A DNA stretch of 64,000 nt from assembly GCF_046105845.1 (NCBI RefSeq), contig NZ_CP151004.1. One strand, given 5' to 3'. A program made the position numbers and the translations under genes. Origin of the DNA: Escherichia coli (GTDB lineage: Bacteria > Pseudomonadota > Gammaproteobacteria > Enterobacterales > Enterobacteriaceae). Under the pieces are notes generated by a model, which searched no databases, was not told the DNA's origin, and saw nothing but the letters and a program-made list of their open reading frames with translations. This document shows, one piece after another, positions 1 through 10,411 of this stretch (positions are counted from its first letter, which is position 1; each line of letters begins with the position of its first letter).

Positions 1-293
1 AAACTACCAGTTTAAAAAGTCTGGCACAAAAAGCAGTTGATAGCGGAGTAAACGTAGCTCTGGTAACTATGAAAGCAGATTCGACGATCGGTAAATTAGC
101 TCAATCTGTGTTGGTACTACCAGGAAGTGTGAAAGACGATAACAATCGTGTTGCAGGCGCTTTCGCACAACCAATGGGATCGGCTTTTGAGCAGCTCTGC
201 TTTATTACTTATGATGCAATTGTTCTGGAGTTGATGTCTGAACTGGGTGAAAGCAGTGCCACAATGTTTACCCGACACGCTGATCTGGAATGA
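1..293 (+). CDS. 3' part of a gene running in from upstream of the window; C-terminal region resembles SIS-domain (phosphosugar isomerase/binding) proteins
   Basis: Frame of ORF 69..293 is open back to position 1 with no stop; stop at 291-293 followed by a terminator hairpin; product assigned by weak motif resemblance only. Confidence 0.3.
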   Translation, partial: TTSLKSLAQKAVDSGVNVALVTMKADSTIGKLAQSVLVLPGSVKDDNNRVAGAFAQPMGSAFEQLCFITYDAIVLELMSELGESSATMFTRHADLE

Positions 294-320
294 CCAAAGA
301 GTTGGTAATTAGAAAGTAAA

Positions 321-346
321 AAGCCTGCTTGAAAGCAGGCTTTTTT
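321..346. terminator. Rho-independent terminator hairpin (gcctgctt/aagcaggc plus T-run), A/T runs on both sides so possibly bidirectional
   Basis: Inverted repeat and T-run read directly in the sequence between the upstream CDS and the tRNA. Confidence 0.6.
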
Positions 347-351
347 GAATT

Positions 352-427
352 TGGCTCCTCTGACTGGACTCGAACCAGTGACATACGGATTAACAGTCCG
401 CCGTTCTACCGACTGAACTACAGAGGA
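352..427 (-). tRNA. asnV: tRNA-Asn (GUU)
   Basis: Exact reverse complement of the 76-nt E. coli tRNA-Asn sequence including CCA end; position next to nac. Confidence 0.93.
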
Positions 428-752
428 ATCGTGTGAACGGGGCGCATATTAATGGCAGTGCATGGTGATGTCAAAGGGTGAAATGCATTTTTTTGTTTGT
501 TTGCTGTCAATTTCAACAAAGTGGTGAGCTTTCAATCTTATTGGTAATGAACCATCGTGGTGCATACCCTCCTTTTATGGGGCAGGGGAACGCGACAGCT
601 GATAAAAAGAGCCAATGACGAACCTATCATAATCTCTTATTTGACAGTTGGTTAGCTTGTACATCAACGCCAAAATAAAACTGGCAAGCATCTTGCAATC
701 TGGTTGTAAGTAATGGCGGCACTTGGGCCGATTCTTAAAAACCGGAGGCAAC

Positions 753-1670
753 ATGAACTTCAGACGCCTGAAATACTTCGTAAAAATTGTAGATATTGGT
801 AGCCTGACCCAGGCTGCTGAAGTATTGCATATCGCACAACCAGCGCTCAGTCAGCAGGTTGCCACACTGGAAGGTGAGTTAAATCAACAACTTTTGATTC
901 GCACAAAACGGGGCGTTACGCCAACTGACGCCGGAAAAATTCTCTATACCCATGCGCGGGCCATTTTACGTCAGTGTGAGCAGGCCCAACTGGCGGTGCA
1001 TAACGTTGGTCAGGCATTATCGGGGCAAGTCTCGATTGGCTTTGCGCCAGGAACCGCTGCGTCATCCATCACCATGCCCTTATTACAGGCGGTTCGCGCT
1101 GAATTCCCGGAGGTCGTTATCTATCTTCATGAAAATAGCGGTGCAGTACTTAACGAAAAACTGATAAATCATCAACTCGATATGGCGGTGATTTATGAGC
1201 ATTCCCCTGTGGCTGGTGTATCCAGCCAGGCTTTGCTGAAAGAAGATCTTTTCCTGGTAGGAACTCAAGATTGCCCGGGGCAAAGCGTTGATGTTAATGC
1301 TATTGCGCAAATGAACCTCTTTCTCCCCAGTGATTACAGTGCTATTAGACTTCGTGTTGATGAGGCTTTTTCCCTACGGCGACTCACGGCAAAAGTCATT
1401 GGTGAAATTGAGTCTATTGCCACGCTTACCGCAGCGATTGCTAGCGGCATGGGCGTTGCAGTATTACCCGAATCGGCCGCGCGTTCGTTATGTGGCGCAG
1501 TAAATGGTTGGATGTCACGCATTACCACTCCTTCCATGAGTCTCTCTTTGTCATTAAATTTACCCGCCAGAGCGAACTTATCGCCACAGGCACAGGCAGT
1601 GAAAGAGTTGTTAATGTCAGTGATGAGTTCTCCAGTGATGGAAAAAAGGCAGTGGCAATTGGTGAGCTAA
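753..1670 (+). CDS. nac: LysR-family nitrogen assimilation control regulator Nac (305 aa)
   Basis: ORF 723..1670; ATG at 753 preceded by GGAGG; N-terminal [39 protein letters not shown] recognised as Nac. Confidence 0.9.
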   Translation: MNFRRLKYFVKIVDIGSLTQAAEVLHIAQPALSQQVATLEGELNQQLLIRTKRGVTPTDAGKILYTHARAILRQCEQAQLAVHNVGQALSGQVSIGFAPGTAASSITMPLLQAVRAEFPEVVIYLHENSGAVLNEKLINHQLDMAVIYEHSPVAGVSSQALLKEDLFLVGTQDCPGQSVDVNAIAQMNLFLPSDYSAIRLRVDEAFSLRRLTAKVIGEIESIATLTAAIASGMGVAVLPESAARSLCGAVNGWMSRITTPSMSLSLSLNLPARANLSPQAQAVKELLMSVMSSPVMEKRQWQLVS

Positions 1671-1771
1671 GCGTTATATCGGGATGGAATAAGATGCGGG
1701 TTTTTATTATTTGTTATGCCGGGCATTAGACTTTAACAATAACGGGAAATCTGAACTGCCCGGAGTTTACC

Positions 1772-2722
1772 GTGAATTTCCAACAAATAAAGATAATCCG
1801 CGAGGCTGCACGTCAGGATTACAACCTGACAGAGGTTGCGAATATGCTTTTTACCTCACAGTCCGGCGTCAGCCGTCATATTCGGGAACTGGAGGATGAA
1901 CTTGGCATCGAAATATTTGTTCGACGAGGTAAGCGACTGCTGGGCATGACTGAACCGGGCAAAGCATTACTGGTCATTGCAGAACGTATTCTGAATGAAG
2001 CCAGTAATGTTCGTCGGCTTGCAGACCTGTTTACCAACGATACGTCTGGCGTTCTCACTATTGCAACGACGCATACTCAGGCACGTTATAGCTTGCCAGA
2101 GGTCATTAAAGCTTTTCGCGAACTTTTCCCGGAGGTTCGGCTGGAGCTAATCCAGGGTACGCCACAGGAAATTGCGACGTTGTTGCAAAATGGCGAAGCT
2201 GATATTGGTATCGCCAGCGAGCGTTTGAGTAATGACCCGCAGCTCGTCGCCTTCCCGTGGTTTCGTTGGCACCATAGTTTGCTTGTTCCACTCGATCATC
2301 CCTTGACGCAAATTACACCGTTGACGCTGGAATCAATAGCGAAGTGGCCGTTAATTACTTACCGACAGGGGATTACGGGGCGCTCACGTATTGATGACGC
2401 ATTTGTCCGCAAAGGTTTGCTGGTAGATATTGTATTAAGTGCGCAGGATTCTGATGTCATTAAAACCTATGTTGCTCTTGGGTTGGGGATTGGATTAGTT
2501 GCCGAACAATCCAGCGGCGAACAAGAGGAAGAGAATTTAATCCGTCTTGATACGCGGCATCTTTTCGATGCCAATACTGTATGGTTGGGACTGAAGCGAG
2601 GGCAACTTCAACGTAACTATGTCTGGCGCTTTCTGGAACTTTGTAATGCAGGACTGTCAGTTGAGGATATCAAGCGCCAGGTGATGGAGAACAGTGAAGA
2701 GGAAATTGATTATCAGATATAG
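1772..2722 (+). CDS. cbl: LysR-family regulator Cbl (sulfonate-sulfur utilisation), GTG start, 316 aa
   Basis: ORF 1772..2722; protein MNFQQIKIIREAARQDYNLTEVANMLFTSQSGVSRHIRELE recognised as Cbl; follows nac as in E. coli. Confidence 0.9.
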   Translation: MNFQQIKIIREAARQDYNLTEVANMLFTSQSGVSRHIRELEDELGIEIFVRRGKRLLGMTEPGKALLVIAERILNEASNVRRLADLFTNDTSGVLTIATTHTQARYSLPEVIKAFRELFPEVRLELIQGTPQEIATLLQNGEADIGIASERLSNDPQLVAFPWFRWHHSLLVPLDHPLTQITPLTLESIAKWPLITYRQGITGRSRIDDAFVRKGLLVDIVLSAQDSDVIKTYVALGLGIGLVAEQSSGEQEEENLIRLDTRHLFDANTVWLGLKRGQLQRNYVWRFLELCNAGLSVEDIKRQVMENSEEEIDYQI

Positions 2723-2723
2723 C

Positions 2724-2752
2724 AAAAAGCCCGCTATAAAAGCGGGCTTTTC
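2724..2752. terminator. Rho-independent terminator after cbl (gcccgct/agcgggc stem plus T-run)
   Basis: Hairpin read directly after the cbl stop codon. Confidence 0.6.
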
Positions 2753-2759
2753 AGAAATT

Positions 2760-2835
2760 TGGCTCCTCTGACTGGACTCGAACCAGTGACATACGGATTA
2801 ACAGTCCGCCGTTCTACCGACTGAACTACAGAGGA
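2760..2835 (-). tRNA. asnU: tRNA-Asn (GUU)
   Basis: Exact reverse complement of the 76-nt tRNA-Asn; lies between cbl and yeeO. Confidence 0.93.
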
Positions 2836-2995
2836 ATCGCTGTTGAGGCACATCTTAACGGCGAAAAATCTTTTGTCAAACCCGATTTTTAAATTTCCCA
2901 ACTGTTTGCCGTTTCTATCAACAGTTTGTTGCATTTGCAGACAATTTGTTGGCGAAAATCTTTGCAGCTTTGCTGATTCTCCCTCATTATTTGAA

Positions 2996-4483
2996 ATGTG
3001 GTTTCACTTTCTGCAATTAAGGTCGGCTTTGAATATCTCCTCTGCTTTACGCCAGGTTGTTCACGGCACTCGCTGGCACGCTAAACGCAAGAGCTACAAA
3101 GTGTTGTTCTGGCGCGAGATAACCCCGCTTGCTGTTCCTATCTTCATGGAGAACGCCTGTGTCCTGTTGATGGGTGTTCTGAGCACTTTTCTGGTCAGCT
3201 GGCTGGGAAAAGATGCGATGGCCGGCGTGGGATTGGCCGACAGCTTCAATATGGTCATTATGGCTTTTTTTGCAGCTATCGATCTTGGTACCACTGTCGT
3301 TGTGGCATTTAGTCTCGGTAAGCGGGATCGACGACGAGCGAGGGTGGCGACGCGGCAGTCATTGGTGATCATGACGTTGTTTGCCGTACTGTTGGCAACG
3401 CTTATTCATCATTTTGGCGAACAAATTATTGATTTCGTCGCGGGTGATGCCACGACAGAAGTTAAAGCACTGGCGTTGACTTATCTGGAGCTGACGGTAC
3501 TCAGTTATCCAGCAGCTGCCATCACTTTGATTGGTAGTGGGGCACTTCGTGGTGCAGGGAATACGAAAATACCGCTACTGATTAACGGTAGCCTGAATAT
3601 TCTTAATATTATTATTAGCGGCATATTGATTTACGGCCTTTTCTCCTGGCCGGGACTGGGATTTGTCGGGGCTGGGTTGGGTTTAACCATTTCTCGTTAT
3701 ATTGGCGCAGTGGCAATTTTGTGGGTGCTGGCGATTGGTTTTAATCCTGCGCTAAGGATTTCGTTAAAGAGCTATTTTAAACCGCTGAATTTTAGCATTA
3801 TCTGGGAAGTCATGGGGATTGGTATTCCAGCAAGTGTCGAATCAGTATTATTTACCAGTGGTCGGTTATTAACCCAAATGTTCGTTGCCGGGATGGGGAC
3901 CAGTGTTATTGCCGGAAATTTTATCGCGTTTTCAATTGCGGCTCTTATCAACTTACCCGGAAGTGCGCTCGGCTCTGCTTCTACGATCATTACAGGCCGA
4001 AGGTTGGGAGTAGGGCAGATAGCGCAAGCAGAGATTCAGTTGCGGCATGTGTTCTGGCTGTCCACTCTTGGATTAACGGCCATCGCCTGGCTAACGGCTC
4101 CCTTTGCCGGGGTTATGGCATCGTTTTACACCCAGGATCCACAGGTTAAACATGTCGTTGTGATTCTGATTTGGCTAAATGCTTTATTTATGCCTATTTG
4201 GTCTGCCTCATGGGTGCTACCCGCTGGATTTAAGGGTGCTCGCGATGCACGTTACGCCATGTGGGTTTCTATGTTGAGCATGTGGGGTTGCCGGGTTGTA
4301 GTCGGTTATGTGCTGGGAATCATGCTTGGCTGGGGGGTGGTTGGTGTCTGGATGGGAATGTTTGCCGACTGGGCTGTGCGGGCCGTGCTGTTTTACTGGC
4401 GAATGGTTACTGGACGTTGGCTGTGGAAATATCCTCGATCTGAGCCGCAAAAGTGTGAAAAAAAGCCAGTTGTGTCGGAATAA
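2996..4483 (+). CDS. yeeO: MATE-family efflux transporter YeeO (495 aa)
   Basis: ORF 2843..4483 is a multi-pass hydrophobic protein recognised as YeeO; ATG at 2996 chosen because the longer ORF would abut the tRNA and 495 aa matches my recollection of the curated length. Confidence 0.8.
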   Translation: MWFHFLQLRSALNISSALRQVVHGTRWHAKRKSYKVLFWREITPLAVPIFMENACVLLMGVLSTFLVSWLGKDAMAGVGLADSFNMVIMAFFAAIDLGTTVVVAFSLGKRDRRRARVATRQSLVIMTLFAVLLATLIHHFGEQIIDFVAGDATTEVKALALTYLELTVLSYPAAAITLIGSGALRGAGNTKIPLLINGSLNILNIIISGILIYGLFSWPGLGFVGAGLGLTISRYIGAVAILWVLAIGFNPALRISLKSYFKPLNFSIIWEVMGIGIPASVESVLFTSGRLLTQMFVAGMGTSVIAGNFIAFSIAALINLPGSALGSASTIITGRRLGVGQIAQAEIQLRHVFWLSTLGLTAIAWLTAPFAGVMASFYTQDPQVKHVVVILIWLNALFMPIWSASWVLPAGFKGARDARYAMWVSMLSMWGCRVVVGYVLGIMLGWGVVGVWMGMFADWAVRAVLFYWRMVTGRWLWKYPRSEPQKCEKKPVVSE

Positions 4484-4583
4484 ACGACAAAGTGCAGATT
4501 ATTTCAGCAAACGATTTCAAATTTAAAAAACAGGCTTTGACATTGTGGATGGGCATCGCTAATATTCGCCTCGTTCTCACGAT

Positions 4584-4659
4584 TCCTCTGTAGTTCAGTC
4601 GGTAGAACGGCGGACTGTTAATCCGTATGTCACTGGTTCGAGTCCAGTCAGAGGAGCCA
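4584..4659 (+). tRNA. asnW: tRNA-Asn (GUU)
   Basis: Exact match to the 76-nt tRNA-Asn on the + strand; inverted relative to asnU. Confidence 0.93.
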
Positions 4660-4720
4660 AATTTTAGTTTTGAGACATCTCTATAAGTCTCAAAACAGTT
4701 AAAAAATAAAAATTATTTTT

Positions 4721-4756
4721 ACCCGGTTACTTGTAAAAAAGTTACCGGGTTTTTTG
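4721..4756 (+). terminator. Rho-independent terminator downstream of asnW and yeeO
   Basis: Imperfect inverted repeat acccggttac/gttaccgggt followed by a T-run. Confidence 0.55.
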
Positions 4757-5112
4757 ATTTCTGTGTTTCGTGCGCTTAATCGAGTCTCACGCTTCAGTGA
4801 GCAAATTGCCCCTCCCCAACAGACATCACGATTCGCAAGGTCAAAAACTCTGTTCCATGAAGTACCGTACAAAGATAAAGAGAAAAATGCCTTATGCGGG
4901 ATGTCGCTATCGCGTCTTTATCGGGAAACTATGCGTAATTGCCACTTTGCCTTCTGTAATCAGAAAAAGAAGAACTGGAATTTTAATAAATATTATTTCT
5001 CTGGGAATGGGTTTTTTTTATAATCAATATGACGAGTTGAACATTATATTTTTATAATGATTATATGAGATTAAAGAAATCTGCCATAAAGACAGATTTC
5101 TTTAAAATATAA

Positions 5113-5829
5113 TTAGAGATTTGCGACGTTATGATAAACTTTTTGTACATCGTCGTCATCTTCAAGGGCATCAACAAGCCCTTCAAAGATTTCTAAATCT
5201 TCTGGGGAAAGCTCAACTTCAGATTGAGCAATCATTTCTAATTCTGTTGTTGAGAACTCAGTGATTCCAGCTGCTTTTAGAGCCGCGATTCCTTTATGAA
5301 GGTCAGTAGGTTCGGTATAAATAACAATGTTACCTTCTTCTTCAGTCACATCACGAACATCAACTTCAGCTTCAAGTAAAATTTCAAAAATATGGTCAGG
5401 GTCTGTTCCTTTAAATACAATCACACCCGTATTGTCAAACATATAGCTGACAGAACCTGCCGCTCCGATATTGCCGCCTTTTTTATTGAAAATTGTGCGA
5501 ACGTTAGCAATCGTACGGTTAACATTGGAAGTCAAGGTTTCAGCGATAATCATTGAGCCATTAGGACCAAAGCCTTCATAACGGCCCTGCACGAACGTTT
5601 CATCTCCGCCGCCTTTGGCTTTATCAATTGCTTTATCAATAACATGCTTTGGAACTTGTGCCTGCTTTGCTCGTTCAATAACGAATTTTAAAGATGTGTT
5701 TAATTCTGGATCGGGTTCACCTTGTTTGGCAGCGGCATAGATTTCTACACCGAATTTTGCATAAATTTTAGACGTCGCACCGTCTTTAGCCGTTTTTTTA
5801 GCAACAATATTGGCCCATTTACGTCCCAC
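5113..5829 (-). CDS. yeeN: YebC/PmpR-family transcriptional regulator paralog YeeN (238 aa)
   Basis: ORF with N-terminus [27 protein letters not shown] typical of the YebC family; position between asnW and amn. Confidence 0.85.
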
Positions 5830-6171
5830 TGGAATGATCTCCTCGAAAATTTATTTACATTACTGGTAAATCGTTAACATGTGTTAGTTCGGCATATTAT
5901 ATCATAACAGGAAAAATCTCGTCTATTAGAAATAAAAATATTCTAAAGCCATAATATTATATTTAATCTCATAAAAACTAATGTTGTTGGCGGATTTTTT
6001 TATAATTCTTTTTTGAAAGCATACTTGCTTTTAATATGTGGAAATCATTAAGACGATAATAAAACTCGTATCCGCCCAAGGAAGCAAACAGCCCGCGTTT
6101 ATTGCGGGCTATTTGCCAGATGTCTTACTTAATCCTTCACATCTATTTTTGATAAGAAGGTTCAGAACTTA

Positions 6172-7626
6172 TTATCGGAACGGCGGCTCATTAAAGGTTC
6201 GTAATTTACGTGAATGCAGTCGGTCGCCTTCTGCGCGCAGCAAATCGATCGCCCGAATGCCAATTTGCAGGTGTTCGGAAATAGCGCCTTCATAAAAACG
6301 GTTAGCCTGACCGGGAAGTTTAATCTCACCATGCAACGGTTTATCTGAAACACACAGTAGTGTCCCGTATGGCACGCGGAAACGATATCCTTGCGCAGCG
6401 ATGGTTGCACTTTCCATATCAATTGCTACGGCCCGGCTTAAGTTAAAACGAAGTGCAGAAGCTGAGTAACGTAATTCCCAATTCCTGTCATCTGTGGTTA
6501 CCACAGTGCCAGTACGTAGCCGCTGTTTAACTTCCTCACCGGGCCTGCCGCTGACTAACTTGGTAGCGTCATAAAGCGCACGTTGCACTTCAGCAATGCT
6601 CGGAATAGGAATATCGGGCGGCAGTACCGCATCAAGAACGTGGTCATCGCGTAAATAAGCGTGTGCAAGTACATAATCTCCAATGGCCTGGCTTTCACGT
6701 AAGCCACCACAGTGACCAATCATCAACCAGACATCCGGGCGTAGCACCGCCAGATGATCGCAGATGGTTTTTGCATTTGACGGTCCCACGCCAATATTCA
6801 CCAGAGTAATACCCTGACCATCGACGGTAATTAAATGCCATGCTGGCATCTGGTGTTTTTTCCATGCAAGGTCGGAAATGGCTTCTTCTGGCGCTTCGGT
6901 TTCGGCGGTGATCCAGTTCCCGCCAGCACAAGAAAGGGCAATGTAGGGACTATCAGGGTCGAGGATCTGGCTGCATCCCCAACGAACGAATTCATCCACA
7001 TAACGTGTGTAGTTGGTAAACAAGACGAACGGCTGAAAATGTTCAACTGGCGTACCGGTATAATGGCGCAACCGCGCGAGGGAAAAATCGACGCGGCGCG
7101 CATCAAAATGCGATAGCGGGGAGAATTCCGTTGGATGATAAATGCCGTCTGCAGTTTCATCGCCAATTTGCGCCAGTTCTGTTGTCGGGAAGTAGCGAGT
7201 TAGCCCAGCGCTCATTGAGCGATCAAGTGTCAATTCAGAGCCATCGATGACATAAGGATAAGGGATTTCATGCTGCGAGGGTTGCATCGAGATATGCGCA
7301 CCATAATCCTGATACAGCAACGTAAGTTGTTCATTGAGATACGAACGAAAGAGAGTAGGGCGAGTAATCGTGGTGGTGTAGCTGCCTGCGTGGGTAAAAC
7401 GACCAAATGCGCGCGTTTTGGGGGGATTGGTTGTGCTACCGTCCCAGGTTACGGTCAGTGATGGATAGACAAAAAGACCTTGTTTGCGGGCGTTTTCATC
7501 AGGTAATTCGCCACTTGTAATATATTTGCCAATGGCGTTGCGTAAAGCGACTACAGATTGCTCATACAGCGCGTCGAGTTTATCCAGTGCCTGAGCTGGG
7601 GTCAGACCGGAGCCCTTATTATTCAT
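6172..7626 (-). CDS. amn: AMP nucleosidase (484 aa)
   Basis: ORF 6172..7731 recognised as Amn; start placed at the ATG giving MNNKGSGLTPAQALDKL with an AGGAG upstream; the longer ORF is an N-terminal artefact. Confidence 0.88.
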   Translation of the reverse strand: MNNKGSGLTPAQALDKLDALYEQSVVALRNAIGKYITSGELPDENARKQGLFVYPSLTVTWDGSTTNPPKTRAFGRFTHAGSYTTTITRPTLFRSYLNEQLTLLYQDYGAHISMQPSQHEIPYPYVIDGSELTLDRSMSAGLTRYFPTTELAQIGDETADGIYHPTEFSPLSHFDARRVDFSLARLRHYTGTPVEHFQPFVLFTNYTRYVDEFVRWGCSQILDPDSPYIALSCAGGNWITAETEAPEEAISDLAWKKHQMPAWHLITVDGQGITLVNIGVGPSNAKTICDHLAVLRPDVWLMIGHCGGLRESQAIGDYVLAHAYLRDDHVLDAVLPPDIPIPSIAEVQRALYDATKLVSGRPGEEVKQRLRTGTVVTTDDRNWELRYSASALRFNLSRAVAIDMESATIAAQGYRFRVPYGTLLCVSDKPLHGEIKLPGQANRFYEGAISEHLQIGIRAIDLLRAEGDRLHSRKLRTFNEPPFR

Positions 7627-7727
7627 GTGTGTCTCCTGTTCCATACAATTACCGCACATCCGATAGTATGTCACAGAAATGTGAAACAAAAGTGTAAGGC
7701 GAAGATCGGATGATCTTCGCCAGACTA

Positions 7728-9044
7728 TCAAGCGCGTTGATTATCTTTCATCAACAAAGCGGTCATTGCGGAAATCAGGCATCCAGCCAGCAAATAAATG
7801 GCGACGCTATGCCAGTTCCCGGCAAAGTAAGTGATGAGTGCAGCGGCAATAAAAGGTGTAAATCCACCGCCAACCACACTGGCAACCTGATAACCGACTC
7901 CAGCGCCACTATAGCGATAACTGGCACCAAACATTTCGGTAAACATCGGTTGTTGCACACACACCACCATGTCATGCGCAATGTTTGCCAGCATTATGGA
8001 GAAGAAAACTATCCAGAAAATAGATTGTGCTTCAAGCGCCATAAAGAAAGGAAATGCGCTCAACGTTCCGATTAACGCACCTGTGATATAAACCCTGCGG
8101 CGACCAAAACGATCGGCAAGCCAGGCAAAACAGGGAATTGTCAGGCAGCTTAATCCACCTACCAGCAAACCAATATTGAGGAAAAGTTCGCGCGGTAACC
8201 CCATATTCTGGGTTGAATAATTAAGTGCGAAGGCGGTAACGATGTACATCGTCAGCAACTCGCACAGTCGTAGCGCAATAATCTTCAGGAAAGCACCAGG
8301 ATGCCGTAATAGTGCTTCGATAACCGGAATGCGTTTTTTCGCGGCCGCTTGATTATGTTGCTGTTGTTCGAATTCCGCGGACTCCTCCATGCCATTGCGC
8401 ACCCACAATGCTCCCAGTACCAGTACGATGCTAAACAGGAAAGGAATGCGCCAGCCCCAGCTTAAAAACTGTTCGTCAGTCGTCATCATACTGATCAATG
8501 AAACCAGTCCGGTTGAAAGCAGTAAACCTACACCGTAGCCAACTTGTACACCGCTACTATAAAAGGCTTTTTTATTTTTCGGCGCACTTTCAACGGAAAG
8601 TAACGCCGCGCCTCCCCATTCGCCGCCGACGGCAAATCCCTGTATGGCACGCAGCGTCACCAGTAAAATGGGGGCCCACCACCCAATGGTCGAGAAGGAA
8701 GGAAGAATACCAATCAAGGCTGTCGCGATGCCCATCATCCAGACGGTCAGCATTAACATGCGTTTACGTCCCAGTCGGTCGCCAAAGTGACCGAAAATGA
8801 CACCGCCGAGCGGACGGAACAGGAATCCGACACCAAAGGTGGCAAATGCGGCGAGCGTTCCCATAGCCGGGCTTACTTGCGGGAAAAACTCGCGATTAAA
8901 CACCAGTGCGGCGGTAATGCCATAGAGTAAAAAATCATACCAGTCGACGACGGCACCGGCAAAACTGCCTAACGCAGCTCGTCGGGCGCGACTTAACGAA
9001 AGCGTCCCTTCATCGGGACGAGTGGAGATGAGCGTGGAGTCCAT
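7728..9044 (-). CDS. shiA: MFS shikimate/H+ symporter ShiA (438 aa)
   Basis: 438-aa multi-pass membrane ORF with MFS sugar-transporter motifs; position between amn and yeeL. Confidence 0.88.
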   Translation of the reverse strand: MDSTLISTRPDEGTLSLSRARRAALGSFAGAVVDWYDFLLYGITAALVFNREFFPQVSPAMGTLAAFATFGVGFLFRPLGGVIFGHFGDRLGRKRMLMLTVWMMGIATALIGILPSFSTIGWWAPILLVTLRAIQGFAVGGEWGGAALLSVESAPKNKKAFYSSGVQVGYGVGLLLSTGLVSLISMMTTDEQFLSWGWRIPFLFSIVLVLGALWVRNGMEESAEFEQQQHNQAAAKKRIPVIEALLRHPGAFLKIIALRLCELLTMYIVTAFALNYSTQNMGLPRELFLNIGLLVGGLSCLTIPCFAWLADRFGRRRVYITGALIGTLSAFPFFMALEAQSIFWIVFFSIMLANIAHDMVVCVQQPMFTEMFGASYRYSGAGVGYQVASVVGGGFTPFIAAALITYFAGNWHSVAIYLLAGCLISAMTALLMKDNQRA

Positions 9045-9358
9045 AATGATCCTGTTTGTACTGTCTTTTTATAATTAGTATGGAAAAGGTAACTCACATT
9101 GCCGTCGATCTATAAACGAACCTTATGAGACTACCTCGACAGAGCGCATCTGCAAATGATTTTATGGCTGATGAGCAACAACACGAAAAATTCGCTGGAA
9201 GATGAAAGCGCAGGAGTTGCTGGTGTTGTTTAAGGATTAAGCAGAGGCCCCACAGGTTCGAGATATGAAACATAAAAGTCCGCATATGTACAAAATAGCA
9301 CCCTGATGAGTCTGATAGACTGCATTGCATTATAACCAGTAGGGAGGCGAGGTTAGGT

Positions 9359-10411
9359 ATGTTTTTAGCATCATTGTTGAGACGTATTGCATTTAGTTAC
9401 TACGATTATAAAGCTAATAATTTCAATATTGGAAAAACAGACTTTGTTGTCATCCATATTCCCGATCAAATTGGCGATGCTATGGCCATCTTTCCAGTTA
9501 TTCGGGCGATTGAAATGCATAAAATAAAGCATCTTTTAATTGTTACTTCGACTATTAATTTAGAAGTCTTTAATGCGCTCAAACTTGAACAGACTAAATT
9601 AACATTAGTCACAATGACTATGCAGGATCACGCAACATTAAAAGAAATAAAAGATTTAGCGAAGAACATAACACAGCAATACGGTACGCCGGATCTTTGT
9701 ATAGAGGCGATGCGTAAAAAGAACCTGAAAACGATGTTATTTATCAGTCAGTTGAAAGCAAAAACGAATTTTCAGGTTGTCGGTTTAACCATGAAGTGCT
9801 ATTCCCCTTTGTGTAAGAACGCGTCCCGGATGGATCAGAATCTCAGGGCTCCCGTACCCATGACATGGGCGTTTATGATGCGTGAAGCGGGTTTTCCTGC
9901 AGTCAGGCCAATATATGAATTGCCATTAAGCGAGGATGTACTCGATGAGGTGCGCGAGGAAATGCGATCGTTAGGATCTTACATTGCGCTTAATTTAGAA
10001 GGTAGCTCGCAGGAGCGTACATTTTCATTATCGATTGCAGAAAATCTAATAGCAAAAATTCAAAGTGAAACAGATATACCAATAGTGATCGTTCATGGAC
10101 CCAAAGGGGAAGATAAAGCCAGGGAACTAGTGAATAGTTATAATAATGTCTACCGTTTATCCTTGTCACCCTCGATTAAACGTTCAGCAGCAATCATAAA
10201 AGATGCTTATATCGCAATAACACCTGACACCTCAATATTACATATGGCAAGTGCCTATAATACCCCCGTTGTTGCAATTTATGCTGATTACAAAACGCGA
10301 TGGCCCGCAATGGCCGATGTCTCGGAGTCAGTCGTCGTTGGGCAAAAAATTGACAATATAAGTCTGGATGAATTCGCAAAGGCATTAAAAAGTGTTTTGG
10401 CGAGAATTTGA
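9359..10411 (+). CDS. yeeL: Glycosyltransferase family 9 (ADP-heptose:LPS heptosyltransferase-like) protein, intact 350 aa; I recall this locus as a pseudogene in K-12
   Basis: Uninterrupted 350-aa ORF with ATG at 9359 and AGGGAGG upstream; C-terminal region has GT9-like character; visibly AT-rich. Confidence 0.65.
   Translation: MFLASLLRRIAFSYYDYKANNFNIGKTDFVVIHIPDQIGDAMAIFPVIRAIEMHKIKHLLIVTSTINLEVFNALKLEQTKLTLVTMTMQDHATLKEIKDLAKNITQQYGTPDLCIEAMRKKNLKTMLFISQLKAKTNFQVVGLTMKCYSPLCKNASRMDQNLRAPVPMTWAFMMREAGFPAVRPIYELPLSEDVLDEVREEMRSLGSYIALNLEGSSQERTFSLSIAENLIAKIQSETDIPIVIVHGPKGEDKARELVNSYNNVYRLSLSPSIKRSAAIIKDAYIAITPDTSILHMASAYNTPVVAIYADYKTRWPAMADVSESVVVGQKIDNISLDEFAKALKSVLARI

Noticed and set aside
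2843-2995. N-terminal extension of the yeeO ORF beginning at 2843
   Set aside because: It would start 8 bp from the asnU tRNA; the internal ATG at 2996 gives a 495-aa MATE transporter.
4754-5057. Overlapping ORFs of 89 and 95 aa in the asnW-yeeN intergenic region
   Set aside because: AT-rich intergenic DNA with no convincing RBS; likely promoter and terminator sequence (a hairpin at about 5074-5103 is adjacent).
7627-7731. N-terminal extension of the amn ORF (to 7731) overlapping the shiA 3' end
   Set aside because: The recognised Amn N-terminus (MNNKGSG) starts at 7626 with an AGGAG upstream; the extension is a six-frame artefact.
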